From Zygnema circumcarinatum SAG 698-1b (Eukaryota; Plantae; Zygnematophyceae): 64,000 nt of DNA. Position numbers and translations under genes: made by a program. Under the pieces are notes generated by a model. It had not been told where the DNA came from and made no database searches. It saw nothing but the letters and a program-made list of their open reading frames with translations. Shown piece after piece: positions 63,939 through 64,000 of the stretch; within the stretch, counting starts at the first letter, position 1, and every line of letters begins with the position of its first letter. Location of the stretch: positions 2,108,001 to 2,172,000 of the forward strand of contig CM074811.1 of NCBI GenBank assembly GCA_037447605.1, read 5' to 3'.

Positions 63939-64000
63939 CCATCACAAGAAGCGGGGAACAGTTTCACTTCTACTGAATACAACAAATGAAGTATCGCTAT

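Overview
Eukaryotic, intron-rich plant-type DNA. The gene content and TTT(T)AGGG-type repeats suggest a streptophyte alga or early-diverging land plant; the exact taxon cannot be fixed from sequence alone. Eleven spliced protein genes can be reconstructed from GT-AG exon chains: an SGR2-like DDHD phospholipase (5' end outside window), BUD22/SRFBP1-like, M48 peptidase (PGM48-like), CCCH-KH RNA-binding protein, a bacterial-type twin-domain retropepsin, a DTX46/EDS5-clade MATE, an RR-TZF zinc finger, a short NUA/Tpr-like fragment, NDUFAF3, ATP-PEPCK, and an AVT1-like amino-acid transporter (5' end outside window). Non-coding highlights: a tRNA-Arg(UCG)-derived gene with a UCA (UGA-reading) anticodon; interstitial telomere-like arrays; several non-autonomous DNA transposons (hAT-like MITE family, a nested MITE, a 944-bp foldback element); a ~87-bp dispersed repeat in three copies; and very dense GTAC/CCGTAC and G-box clusters in CpG-rich divergent promoters. 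Protein family calls are from remembered motifs, not database searches; minor exon boundaries are approximate.
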